In this document: in pieces, positions 1 to 12,776 of the stretch | How the letters are laid out: every line of letters begins with the position of its first letter | Position numbering within the stretch: the first letter of the stretch is position 1 | Assembly (NCBI RefSeq): GCF_004010195.1 | Contig: NC_057760.1 | Coordinates: 4,559,477-4,623,476, forward strand | DNA: 64,000 bases | Direction of reading: 5' to 3' | Source of the DNA: Chiloscyllium plagiosum | Lineage: Eukaryota | The notes under the pieces: model-generated | Databases searched by the model: none | Told to the model about the DNA's origin: nothing | What the model saw: the letters and a program-made list of their open reading frames with translations, nothing else | Translations under genes and position numbers: made by a program

Positions 1-365
1 TGGGGTGGGGGCGGAGAGGTTGGGAAGAAGATTGCAGGTTAGGAAGGCGGTGCTGAATTTGAATTCAGCACCGCCTTCCTAACCTGCAATCTTCTTCCCG
101 ACCTCTCCGCCCCCACCCCAGTCTGACCTATCACCCTCACCCTGACCTCTTTCCACCTATCACATTTTTGACGCCCCTCCCCCAAGTCCCTCCTCCCTAT
201 CTTTTATCTTAGCCTGCTGGACCAACTTTCCTCATTCCTGAAGAAGGGCTAATGCCCGAAACGTCGATTCTCCTGTTCCCTAGATGCTGCCTGACCTGCT
301 GCGCTTTTCCAGCAACACATTTCCATCTCTGATCTCCAGCATCTGCAGAACTCACTTTCTCCTCA
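1..365 (+). mobile_element. Penelope-like element 3' end with fold-back and hammerhead core
   Basis: 1-120 is a near-perfect palindrome centred near 60; CTGAAGA-AGGGC-TAAT-GCCC-GAAACGTC at 238-265; tail shared with the GIY-YIG-coding copy at 20413-21372. Confidence 0.85.
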
Positions 366-1771
366 AACCCCAAGAAGAGCCAAGAAACTGCAGGAGACTG
401 CACAGCGGAGGCAGGGGTTGGGTATGGGGTTAGTGCCTGATCATGACAAAGGATTTGTCTCTGTGGGTAAAGTTTACTCAGAAAAAAGAGAATGACAAGA
501 CGTTATAATTTTGAGAGATGCAGGATCTAACCAGTTTCTAATAGTAAGACATGAACATATTTGCACTCTTTCTGATCTGTTACCTGAGAGAGTGATAATT
601 TGTGGGATAGATGGACAAAAAGTTAGCATTCTCTTATGTAAGATCAGGTTAGAGTGCCAACTCAAGACTGGGGAAGTGACAGTGGGAGTGATTGACACAG
701 ATCAGATCCAGGAATCCAGTTTGTTCTTGGGAATGATTTAGCAGGTGTCAAGGTAGGAGTGATACCCCTTGTTGTGGAGAAGCCCAAGGAAGACCAGGGA
801 ACTGAGGAGTTAAAAGAAAAATACCCTGATATTTTCCCAGACAGCGTCATAACAAGATCCCACTATCATAAATCACAGCACGAAGCAAAAACTAAAGAGA
901 AAAATGAAGGAGTTGAGGTTCCGTTAGCGGATACCCTGTTTGATGTAATGGTACAGGAAAAACCTGAACAGGCAGAGGGTCAGACAGAAGTGATTAGTCC
1001 TGAAAGGCTAAGGGACTTGCAACAGAAAGATGAGACAATCAAAGATATGTATATTGATGCGTAATCCGAAAAAGAGGTAGAGAATATTCCTGAGGATTAT
1101 TAGAATCCTAAAATGGAAATGGAGACCACGGCAGGTTAGTGCAGAGGAGAAATGGGCCAAAATGCACCAGGTTGTGTTGCCGGTAGCATAGACAGGAAGT
1201 GTTACGGTAGCACATGAACTACCTGTAGGAGGTCACCCTAGGGGTATGAAAGATTCAGGCTAAGGTACAAAAACATTTTTATGGGCCTGGAATACACAAG
1301 GATATGGTTAACTTTTGCTGTACGTGTCATACATGCCAAATAGCAGATAAGCCATAGGCAGTAATAAAACCAGCACCTTTGTTTCCAATTCCCGCATTTG
1401 AAGAACCTTTCATGCAGGTTATGATTGATTGTGTAGGTCCCCTCCCGAGAACTAAAAGTGGGAACCAGTACTTGTTCACCATAATGGATGTGTTTCCCAG
1501 ATTTCTGGAGGCAATTCCATTCCAGAGTATTAAGACAAAAAGGGTAGTAAAGGAGTAAGTTGCTTTTTTCACACGGTATGGGCTATCCAGGGAGATTCAG
1601 TCAGACCAAGAGTCACATTTTACTGCTAGGCTGTTTAAGGAGGCTATGGATCGCTTAGGTATACAGCACTTTAAATCCAGTTTGTATCATCCTGAATCCC
1701 AGGGAGCTTTAGAAAGGTGGTATCAGACCCTGAAGACCATGTTGAGAGCGTACTGTCAGGATTACCCGAAT

Positions 1772-1990
1772 TTAAAAATGTGTTGCTGGAAAAGCGCAGC
1801 AGGCCAGGCAGCATCAAAGGAACAGGAGAATCGACGTTTCCGGCATAAGCCCTTCGTTCCTGCAGAAGGATTTGTGCCCGAAACGTCAATTCTCCTGTTC
1901 CTTTGATGCTGCCTGGCCTGCTGCACTTTTCCAGCAACACATTTTTAAGCTCTGATACTCCAGCATCTGCAGTCCTCACTTTCTCCTAGA
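1772..1990. mobile_element. Penelope-derived fold-back insertion
   Basis: Inverted copies of the Penelope tail; duplicated flank ATTACC(C/A)GAAT at 1761 and 1991. Confidence 0.85.
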
Positions 1991-2773
1991 ATTACCAGAA
2001 TGCTTGGGATAAAGGTATCCCATTCGTATTGTGTGTCATTAGAGATGCCCCAAACAAATCTACTCAGTTTACTCTCTTTGAGTTAGTATTTGGACATGAA
2101 GTGAGAGGCCTTTTGAAATTAATTAAAGAGAAATTGATAAGACCAAATTTGGAGGTTTCACACTTGGATTATGTATCGGAGGTGAAGGAGAGTTTAAATC
2201 AGATAGGTGAGTTAGCTAAGGCACAGCATAGAATGAAGCAGGTGGCAGATAAATACTCTGAGATTTGGACGTTTTCCTGTGGGGATGATGTATTAGTATT
2301 GTTACCGGTAATAGGAGGTCCCTTCAAAGCCAGGTTTTGTGGTTCCTATCAAATTAAGAAAAGGTTGAGTGAGATCAACTATCTGCCAGATAGAAAAAAT
2401 CTATATTGGGTATGTCATGTGAATATGTTGAAACCTTATTATAATTAGGAGAATGCTGTGGAGAAACAGGTGTTAGTTACTGTCCTGCAGAGTGAGGAAT
2501 CAAATCTAGATGTTGTGGAATTTGACGTACCTCAAAATATATTAAACAATGACAAAGTCCTTGAGGAGTGGGATAGGTTAGTAAACTATCTGTCTCAGGA
2601 TCAAAGAACATGGTTGAAAGGCTTGTTACGGCAGGACATATGCAGGAATAAGATGGAGAGGACTAATGCTATTGTGCATGAAGTCGATGTCAGGAATACC
2701 GCTCTGATAAAACAACACCCCTACAGTCTTTGTCCTTTCAAAGCCAGACAGGTCCAAAAGGAAGTGAAGACTA

Positions 2774-3155
2774 TGTTGTGGTTCTGTTCGCCGAGCTGGA
2801 AGTTTTTGTTGCAAACGTTTCGTCCCCTGGCTAGGCGACATCATCAGTGCTTGGGAGCCTCCTGCGAAGCGCTTCTTTGATGTTTCCTCCGGTGTTTATA
2901 GTGGTCTGTCCCTGCCGCTTCCGGTTGTCAGTTTCAGCTGTCCGCTGTAGTGGCTGGTATATTGGGTCCAGGTCGATGTGTTTGTTGATGGAGTTTGTGG
3001 ATGAATGCCATGCCTCTAGGAATTCCCTGGCTGTTCTCTGTCTGGCTTGCCCTGCAGTAGTCTGGCTGTCAGTTCCGAGATACTCCTGATGTATGGTAGT
3101 GTGGCTAGTCCTTTTGGTTGCGGTATGTCCTCGTTCTGATACCCAACAGGAGCAA
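2774..3155 (-). mobile_element. Internally deleted Penelope-like (Poseidon-type) element with hammerhead core
   Basis: Minus strand encodes LATLPYIRSISELTAR and REFLEAWHSSTNSINKHIDLDPIYQPL (GIY-YIG C-terminus); hammerhead core at 2811-2850. Confidence 0.8.
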
Positions 3156-3715
3156 AACTAATGTAGTGGCACTGTTAACAGATTTGCTGAAGAAGAACAC
3201 AAAATTTCGGTGGACAGAACAATGCCAGGAGGCATTTGACAATTTAAAAGCAGTATTAACCACCACACCAGTTTTAGCTACACCAAATTTTTTTGAAACC
3301 CTTCAAAGTTGCAATTGATGCTAGTGACATAAGAGTTAGAGCTGTACTGCTACAGGAAGATAAGGATGGAATTGAACTGCCAACTGGTTACTTTTCAAAG
3401 AAACTCAACATTCACCAGAGAAAATACTCGTAGATTGAAAAAGAATGATTGAGTTTGGGGGTACTAGCCTTACATCATTTTAATGTTTATGTCACGAACA
3501 ATGTGTCTGAGTTGATTGTTTACACAATCACAATCCCCTTACATTCTTGGAATGCTTTAAAGACAAGAATATGAGACTAATTCGTTGGAGTCTAATGTTA
3601 CAGACTTTTAATTTCCAAATTGTATATGTTGTGGATCATAAGAATGTAATAGCAGATGCGTTATTGTGGATTTCATGGATAAAGTATAGGTAAGATTGAA
3701 CAGATACCAAAGTTT

Positions 3716-3748
<33 letters not shown>

Positions 3749-4987
3749 CCAGAGGTTAGTATGAACTTAAATTAATGTCCTATGTATGTCATGGTAGTGA
3801 GGTTAAGAATTAGATGAATAAAATGAAGCTATCTTTACATTATGATGGTTCATTTCTATTCTTAAGCGGGGAGGTGTTGTGGAGTTGAAGATGTGTACTG
3901 TACCTTTAAGAGAGAGTGAAAGTTGATAAACTAGCAATCACCTGTCATGTGACTGAGTACAGGCACAGAACGTTCTGGACAATTTGAAGATCTAATTTGA
4001 CTTGCAACACAATCAGCACCTCCCTGATCAACTACTGTCATTTCCAGTTCACAGCTGACTACTAATATCTCACTTTGCCATTTGAGCTGTAACTCAGATA
4101 ATGAGTTGTTTTCACAACCATTCAAATTCAACCAAACTGTTTAAATTATACCCCAAGATACTAAAATTCAATCAAATTTGTATTTTACTGTTTTGACAAA
4201 ATCAAACCAATGAGACAATCTGATGTTTTGGGGTATAAAGAGCAGGCATTTTGAACCATTAGCTGGAGATAAAGAGTACCTACTGCCATCAATAGGCTGC
4301 CCGTAGGCCCTCTCTCTAAAAGGTACCTTTTTCATATGAAACATCTTTGCAGGAGAAGACCAAAGATGATGCAGTGGAAATCTACAGACAGAGGAAGTGC
4401 AGCACACAAAGATGGCACCTAGTTTTGAAAATTGATTTGCTGTAAATTTAATAGGGGCTTTATTGGATCAAATATTGTCATAGAGTGAGAGGTAAATAAA
4501 TCATTAAGACAAAGGAGGCTAACAGTCGTAGATAGTTGTTATTTAATGTTCTCTTTTGGAGTTAAAGAATAAATTGTTAATTTTTTTCTTTAAATAATGG
4601 AATTTGGATATTCCTCTGTCACTCATACTTTAACAGTTTACAAGGTGAGATGACCTTTGTGTGTTTGGTTTAATTAACAGAAGGGTTTACCCTGTGTCGT
4701 AACAATGTCGACATCTAATGTACGGCCCAATAAGGGCAGTCTGTAAAATCCAGCAGTGAGGATGGTTGTGTCTCTCATCCCAGTTAATCCACAGGTAGTG
4801 CCTTAGATTATTGTTGATTTAACCCATTAACCATTTCCAAAAGTTCCTGTGTTTGACCACTGCTCACTCAGGTTCACCTGTCTAAACCAGTGGAGGAACA
4901 GTAATTGAAGGAGGGTGCTGTCTGTTAGACATAGTTACTAATTTCACTGCCTTCCCCCTAGTAGGGGATGGCTCCTCTGGTACTTAC

Positions 4988-5264
4988 GTGAGTGGTTGCC
5001 ATCGAACTGTAGACTTCTTTCGGCCAATGTAGCGAGTGCTTGAAGCTTTCGTCCCTCCGGCTCTCTCCCTCTTTTGTTTCTTGCTGACGTGTCCCATTGA
5101 CAAAGCTGGCACATGCTGTGTCTTGGGTGAAGCTAATGTGGGATTGGTTGGGAGATGAAGGTCAGTCACTACTTCACATCGTGTGCCGGTAAAGCCAGGT
5201 TTACATACACAGACCTGGGGCTGTTGGCAAAATCCACCATTCTGACAACGTGGGAAACAGATAG
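4988..5264 (-). CDS. LTBP4: LTBP4-like coding exon 3 (EGF-like domain plus linker)
   Basis: TTGCAG|CT...AC|GTAAG, 277 nt; (P)ICFPRCQNGGFCQQPQVCVCKPGFTGTRCE...RKKSTVRWQPLT. The terminal WQPLT recalls human LTBP4 long form (RKRQVSLNWQPLT), which is the basis for the paralog call. The gene continues beyond position 1. Confidence 0.88.
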
Positions 5265-5766
5265 CTGCAAAGTGACCAGGACAAAATCAATCAAGAAACA
5301 GCTCACTGAAGGTGAAAGTCTGAAATTCTGGCATTATACATCTCTATTTAACACAGCATCTGGGAAGACAGACACCACTGAGATTTCACAAAGTATGGAG
5401 CATGGATGGGATGAAGAGAAGATGTCCTGCCATCCTGTAACAATGTTCCTGCAGCAAGGAGAGGGAATGGCATTGACTTGCAACACAATCAGCACCTCCC
5501 TGATCAACTACTGTCATTTCCAGTTCACAGCTGACTACTAATATCTCACTTTGCCATTGAAAGACAGTGTGTAACCCAGTTCTGACCTCTAGATTTGGGG
5601 GCAAGTTTAAATGTTTACTGCAAGAAACACATAGATTTCTGGTATGGATCTTTGTAATAAAATCAACAAATTTAATGCACAAATCCTTCAGCCTAACAGA
5701 AGTGTAGCAGTTTAAGTGATCATTTTATTTTGAGAAATAAAATGATAGGGTTATCTGTCAGTGAGT

Positions 5767-5856
5767 CAAGAGTGTGGTGTTGGAAAAGCACAGCAGGTCA
5801 GGCAAGCATCCGAGGAGCAGGAAAATCAACGTTTTGGGCAAAAGCCCTTTGTCAGA
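5767..5856 (-). mobile_element. Short Penelope-tail insertion
   Basis: Tail sequence GGAAAAGCACAGCAGGTCAGGC; flanked by a TTATCTG(T/A)CAGTGAGT duplication; ribozyme core degenerate. Confidence 0.75.
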
Positions 5857-7179
5857 TTATCTGACAGTGAGTTGAACATTGTCTGTCACTTCTGACTCGG
5901 GGTTTAAAACCAAACCTTGACCAAAATCCCCTTTACTTTGTTGCATATAAAGCCTTGACTAATAGACAGGCAGAATAAATCTGGGATGTTAGCTACGGAT
6001 AACCAAGTCATCAGGTAGTACTATGGAATTTTACGTTGTAAAGAGATCATCAATGCTTGTTGTTACATTAGTTTGGTACAGAAAATGACTGAAATTTAGA
6101 TTGAGCTACAGACTGGGTTAGTTAAAAAAAACAGACTCCCAATACTCTGTAGCTAACCCTGTATCTGTTCTTGGAGCCTTTGATAAGGACAGTGTACATG
6201 AGGACAGTATAGAGGAATATTTACTCAGTATCTAACTCTTGCTGTCCCTGTCCCGGGAGTGTTTGATGGGGACAATGCAAAGAGAGCTTTGCTCAGTACT
6301 TAACCTCACACTGTTCTTTGTTTGGAAATCCTTGATGTTGATGTTCAAAAAGAGATTCAACTAAAATATTTTACAATAAAAGCTTGCATTTAAATAGCTA
6401 CTCTCAGAATTGTAAAATGTCCCAAGCAGCCTTAGATATGTGAATCAGACATTAGGATAACAAGGAGATGCTGGGACAAGTGACTTGAAGCCAGATTGCA
6501 GCTACTGAAAGGAGACAAAGAGATGGGGAGGTGAAGGGGTGGACAGCTAGAGATGGTCAGCGAGGGGAGTGTGCGTATTCAGGGAAAGAGATTTGGATGA
6601 TATTTAGGCAAGAATTCCAGGCAGATGGTGGGGTTGAGAGGTTTGGGAGGGAGTTTCAGTGTGGGATTGTTCAGGGAGGGAGCTGCTGAGAGTGGGGAAA
6701 CTGGGAGCCAGAATTCCAGAACATTGACCTCCTTGTGTTCCTGAGTTTTTACCACCATCTACAGGCCACATACAGCTGGTACAGCAGCTGCTGGTGAAGA
6801 ACCAGAAATAAAACCTTTCATAATTTCCCATTAAAATCACAATGCAATGGGGTTGGTGTTGAGGCAGGGAGCCACTAGGATTTGGGCAGCGGGTTTGAGC
6901 AGTAATACTGCAGCAACGTGAATGACCACAGCGAGTGAGAAAAGCTGCAGATCAAATACAAACTGTGTTGTAATTATACAACTGTTTTAGAATTAATGTC
7001 CTTTCAGAAACGAAGTCTGCTGGCCTTACCCAGTGTTGCATTCATGTGACTCTTGACCCAAAGAAGCGTGACTGATTCTTAACTACCCTCTGAGCAATTA
7101 AGGATGGGCAATAAATTAGGGTGGTCCAGTCAATGAAATCCGCATTCCATGAATTAATTTTAAAAAGTAGCATCTATGG

Positions 7180-7835
7180 CACTCAAGACAGGCAATGATC
7201 ACCTTCAACAATAAAAAACCTCATTGTTTATCCTTGATATCCAATAACATGGACATCGCTGAGCTCCCCCACTATCAATATGAGGGGACCATCACTGACC
7301 AGAAGCTCATCAGGGAACATGTCAGGAATGGGATGGAATACACTCGACTTGTCTAGATGAGTGCAGCTCCAACAACACTCAAGTAGCTCACATCATCCAG
7401 GACAAAGAAACTGATTTGACTGACACCCCATCTACCACCTTCAACATTCACTTCCTCCAACATCACAGTGGGTATCATCTGCAAACTACGCTGCAGCGAA
7501 TAACCAATATTCCCTTGATTGCATCTTCCAACCTGTAACATCTACCATCTAAAAGAAAAACGACAACAGAAATATGGGAACACCATCACTTATACATGGT
7601 TCCCCCTCCAAGTCACTCACCATCCTGACTTGTAAATATATCACTATTCCTTCAGTGTTACTGAACCAAAGTACTGGAACTCTCTCCCTAATTGCACTGT
7701 GGATTTCCTGACAGCAGATGGACTACAGCAGTTGAAGAAAGCAGCTCATCACCACCTTCTCAAGGGCAACTAAGGATGGGAAATAAATACTGGGCAGCCA
7801 GTGATGCTCATGTCCTGTGAATAAATAAAAAAAAA
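7180..7835 (+). mobile_element. Old CR1-group LINE 3' fragment
   Basis: GATGAGTGCAGCTCCAACAACACTC...GCAGCTCATCACCACCTTCTCAAGGGC tail ending in an A-rich stretch; related pieces at 9880-10120 and 19405-20205. Confidence 0.65.
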
Positions 7836-8459
7836 CTACTGATTGGAATCAAATCTCAACTGCCTTTAGAGAATGTGCTAAGCAACAATATCCTTTAAAG
7901 ATAAAAGGAATTGCAATTCCTCCATTAAACGGACTTGAAAGTTTAGCTGATTCAAGTCAGATTCTCTCTGAAGTTTGTCTTTTCCTGTTGGACATCTTTT
8001 TGGCCTGTAAAATGTACCAGGTGTTGCCACTCAAACACCATCAATCACATTTGCCCCAACCTTCTGCTTGGACACAGTAGCTAGGCACAGCTTTGTATGA
8101 TTACACAATAAGCTTTGGTGACAGCATCTGCTAAAAGCCTGAATATTGTTGCCTTTCTGTTTCTGATGAAGTGTAATTGGAGCTGAGATACAGAAACCAG
8201 ACTGAAGCTTAGTCTATTGAAGCTATGTCGGGTTGGGAAGCACTTTTGTATCAGATATCACACTTTGAGTGCTACACTGGAGAAAATCCGCTAAACACAT
8301 TCAAGGTCCTTTCATGGTCAAAGTGGGGAGGGTGTTGGAGGAGGGGGAATCCAATGTTGTGTGCATGCTTCAATCTCAAAAAATAGCTTCTCCCAATTCC
8401 AGAGCATGTGGGCCACCTGTTCACTAGGTTGTCAGTCCCAGGGTCAGTCAGAGACAGGA

Positions 8460-9105
8460 AGCCAAAGTAGAAGAGCAGGAGGCTGGACGAGCATAGAGAA
8501 GTGGTGATGTTTGCTGCTTCAGGTATAATCCTTCTTCAGGAGTGGAGGTGGGGCTAAGAGGAATTGCAGATAAAGTGGGGGGAGGGGGGGGTGGGGGCAG
8601 GGGGGGGTGTTATGGGTAGGGAGAGAGCAGAGTGGTAAAGTGGTGAAAGATGAATACTGGTGGTCTGTACAACTAGGTAGGTCGGTTGGAGTGACTCCAG
8701 TTGGGAGCTGGAAAGAGGGGTCTGTCAGAGGTGGGGCTGGAAATGGAATCAGGGGATGGGTGGGGAGATTATTTGAAATTGGAGAACTCAATGTTGAGTC
8801 CTCTGGGCTGTAGGCTGCCCACCTTCCAGCTTCCAACCAGATTCATTCCATCTATCGACCAAATAGGCTGTACCTACCACCTATATTCACCTATCACCAC
8901 CGCACCACTCTGCCCGTCTCCCCGTCCATAGCCCTTACACCCCCTCCTTTACCTGTAACTCCCCCTATCACCACCTTTATTCCTGAAAAAGGGTTATGCC
9001 CAAAGTGTCGGACTTCTCCACCTCCTGGTGCTGCCTGGCTTGCCGTGTTCTTCCAGCCTCCTGCTCGTCTACTTTGGATTCCAGCAACTGCAGCTTTTTG
9101 CCTCT
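8460..9105. mobile_element. Older Penelope-like fold-back (inverted tail copies)
   Basis: Minus strand GSLQPRGLNIEFSNF (GIY-YIG end) at about 8775-8820; inverted tails at 8460-8545 and 8980-9100 with decayed CTGA..GAAA cores. Confidence 0.7.
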
Positions 9106-9699
9106 GGAAGCAGGAAGTCAGCAGATCACAGAAAGATACTGAGCAACTCCACTCTGAGAGGGAGGCTTTGGAAAACTCTAACCAGCTGGTCCCTGCTGAG
9201 TCTCTGCATCTGGATCAGACATAAAGGCAGATTGGAGCCGGAGATGTCGGTCACTGTGACCGTCTTGCAAAGGAATGGCAATGATTGGAGGACACACACA
9301 CACAAAGGTTCTGCATGGGGACTGGTGTGGTCTCTGTGCAAAGCACAATGCAATGCTTCAAAATAAAGAAACTATTACACTGATGAGTGTCTCTTCAATT
9401 GCCTGAAATTACACTTGAAACTACAAAGAGCACAGTTCAGCTCGGGTTGCACAAGTCACATTGAATAACCATCTCTGCATTGTGATACAGAAAGCTCATA
9501 CAGGTCAGCACAAATCGCGAGCCAGTCCAGATTGCCAGAATTGCAGCCATACTTTATGCAGACAGGTTTCCCCCCAGACTGACCCCAAGGCTTTTGGTTG
9601 TGGTAAAGGAAGCAAATACAGGCTGCTCTACTTTTGGTTCTTTGAGTCTGGCTATTTGGAATGACAACACAGACCGAGATTAAACCTAGTCAGGAAAAG

Positions 9700-10950
9700 A
9701 TCCAGTAATATGCTACGGCATAATAGACTCGTAATGAAGGTGACAACAGGTGGAACTGATTACAAAAGAAGGTGCAGAGAACAGGTTAAAGTTAGTCACT
9801 CAGAACGGTGATAATTAGGAAGTGAAGCTTCATAAGGATTGTCACTGGGACTGATATTGTCCATTATTTCAACACTTTTACAGAGGACATCACCTGCAAA
9901 TCTCCTTTGAAGCTATCACCATCCTGACTTGGAAATATATCGCTGTTCTTTCAGTCACTGGGTCAAAGCTCCCATCCTAACCACTTTGTGGATTCCCTTA
10001 CACCCAAAGACTGCAGCAGTTCAAGAAGACAGCTCACCACCACCTTCTCAATGGTCTCAAGGAATGAACAATAAATTCTGACTCAGCCAAAGACGCCCAC
10101 GTAACACGGATAAATAAAATAAAGACTTGGTCTTTCAATCAGAGAACACAGTTAATACACAGAAATACTGTGGCAAGATACAGGAAAATATTATCAAACT
10201 TGCAAAATGGGTGAATATTTGTAAGTGGATTCAATAGAGATAAGGATAAGGTAGGAGGAAGCAAAGACTACACACTTCTTGAAAAATGAATGACAGTGGG
10301 GATTGGAAAACAGATCACACAAAGCAGTGATACAAAGTAATAAAGCCCAGAAAAAAAAAACAGGTACTGGAATTAATTTCCAGAAGGATAGAATTGAAAT
10401 GGAGAATTTCTGTGAATCCTACATTGAACTTCAATGCAATCACAATTGTAATGCACAGTCTTGTCTCCACATCAAAACAAAGTTACTGAAGAAAGATATT
10501 ATTAGACTCATGCCAGAACAGAGAGGATATAACCATCAGGAAATATCAAACAGATTGGGTCTCTTTCAACTAGAAACAAGATAACTGAAGGCTGACCTGA
10601 TTGAGGTTTTTAAAGTGATACAAGGACTTTGATAGGATGAACATGGAGGTAATATTTTCCCTTCCTTGGAGACCAGATCTCAGGGCTGTCAATGAGAGAC
10701 TGACAAATCCAACCTGGATGTCTGGAGAAATGATTTTACTCAGACAGTGGTGCAAATATGGAAGTCACTTCGACAGGGGGTAGTCAAGGTAAATATTATC
10801 AATACTTTGAAGTGGGAATTTGGACAAAAGGAATAGAAAGAGATGATGATAGGACAAAAAGCAGAGGGGTTGGAAGGAGGCTTATGTGGAACAGACCAGC
10901 ATGAAGCAGAAAGGCTGAATGGTTTGTTTCTGTACAGGAAAGGTTATGGA
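9700..10950 (+). mobile_element. Old CR1-type LINE remnant(s)
   Basis: RLGLFQLE and DLIEVFK-like motifs near 10550-10620; nested 3' LINE tail at 9880-10120; boundaries approximate. Confidence 0.6.
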
Positions 10951-11057
10951 ATTCTACAGCACTCAGTGTAGGATCTCCCCAGTGTTTTCATTGGTATACA
11001 AAAATGCTTCTTCCATCCTCACTGCTTTTATATGGAGTATTTGAGAAAGGGACTTAC

Positions 11058-11128
11058 GTTTTGTGCATTGTCTAGTCTGGGGTCCCAATGCCCATCCGTT
11101 ACAGCAGCCACTGCCACAGACATTTAAA
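11058..11128 (-). CDS. LTBP4: LTBP4-like coding exon 2 (N-terminal 4-Cys module)
   Basis: TGCAG|T...C|GTAAG, 71 nt; LNVCGSGCCNGWALGPQTRQCTK fits the NVCG..CC.GW......C.K module of LTBP1/LTBP2/fibrillin N-termini. Confidence 0.9.
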
Positions 11129-12776
11129 CTGCAATAAACACAAGGAATATGTTACAGAGCTTCACATATCAGATATAGGAAGGAAGGGCTGGAGGAAGAT
11201 GTGGATAGAAGGAATAGAATAGAGGCATGGTGGATACAGGGTGGGGGGGATGCAGAAAAAGGGCAGGGAATGGGGCACTGTGCTGCTGAATGAAAGAGCT
11301 TTTAATTTCTCAATCAGGAATCTGGTTTGATTTCTCAAAGCAAATCTGTCCTTAAAAAGAAAACACAATCTTTTTGTATTTCAAATGAAGATTGAGCCAC
11401 TTGCTGCTCAGCTATGATGTTGTGTTCCATCACTGGTTAGACAGCTCAACATCCTTGTTCACTGTACACACTTAGAGACACCAAGAACAGAAGAAGTCAC
11501 ACTGTCTCAGTATCTGTGCGTAGATGGCAACACGTGTGTCTGTGTGCATGTGTTTTGCTGTGCGGATGTATCTGTGCATCTGTGTTTGTGTGTTTATGTC
11601 TGAGTGTGTCTGTGTGTATATAGTGAGTAGTGTAATTACTGAATACAGGCACATTGAGATCCCTATCCAGTAATGGAACAGAACATGGTTGAAAGACAAG
11701 TAGCCTCTTCTTTGGAACAGTTCTGTTTGGACTCAAAATACTAACTCTGTTTCTCTCTTGACAGTTACTGTCAGATCTGCCAAATTTGTTGAGTGTTTTC
11801 TCTTCCTTTTGGAGAATTCAGGGGGTTTTTCTCTTAGACCTATTTTACAATACAGCTGTTGACATTTCACTGGTAGTAAATCTATTGTCCCCACCAGCCT
11901 GAAAATGTGAGACAACTTGAAAACAGCTTGTTTTGAGGCAGACAGGAGGCTGCTGGGACAGATTGAACTTAGCACCAACTATGAAATATTGCAGAAGAGT
12001 CTACTTCAGAATGGCTCATATGTTCAAGCTCAAAAGATAACTCGTGCTCAGACAGTTGATAAAGGTTAGGAAAGCACATTAACTCCATAAATCACTACTT
12101 AGATCTCAGCTGGAGGACTGTGATTCTGACCACTGCATTTTAAGGAGGATATCAGGGCTTTGAAGAAGGGGGTAAAGGAGAATGTCCCAGGGATGAGGGA
12201 TTTCAGTAAATGTGGAGAGGCTGGAGAAGCTGGGATTCTGTCCTGAAAACAGAGAAAGCAATGGAGAAATAAAACACAGATGTTTCAAAATTGTGAGAGA
12301 GTGTCTGCGTAGTGAATAGCCCAAACATTGAGTACTGGGATGTTTAGAGTTGTGTATTAAAGAGACATATTTAGAGAGACTGGGGATAGAATTGGAGACA
12401 GTGAGAGAATTTCTTTGTACAATTATTTGTGTGATCTGGAATGTGCTGCCTGAAAGGGCAGTAGAAATCATTCAAAGTGAAGATGTCCAACTCCCCAGTG
12501 GAGGAATGTGAAAATAATTAAAATAAACCCCATAACTCCCAGGCTTTAAATCTTCAAACTCTTTCTCCATCTCCTTATCAGCTACTTCTCTTTTTATTTG
12601 CTCAGGCTCCTGCTCCATCCCTATTCCTCAGACACCATCACTTTAATCCTTTGCCTATTTCATTGCCATGGTTCAGGTTTTGGTATGGTTATGTGGTTGA
12701 CTCTTACCATGGAGACTGAAGGTTCTGAGTTCAAATTTGCCTCCAGTGTTTGCCCAGACAAATCACCAACATGGTT

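Larger units (their letters stand above)
376..4704 (+). mobile_element. Decayed Ty3/Gypsy LTR retrotransposon, Gmr1-type order PR-IN-RT-RH, with 3' LTR 3875-4704
   Basis: Protease-like LRDAGS near 511; integrase (IDCVGPLPRTKSGNQY; YHPESQGALERW) about 1200-2450; RT start IKQHPY near 2700; RNase H region 3160-3670; PPT AAGCGGGGAGG 3864-3874, then an LTR bounded by TGT..ACA. Many stops and frameshifts; RT core absent at the 2774-3155 insertion. Confidence 0.9.

Noticed and set aside
5155..5541. 128-aa plus-strand ORF
   Set aside because: Antisense shadow of LTBP4 exon 3 plus intron; no recognisable motif
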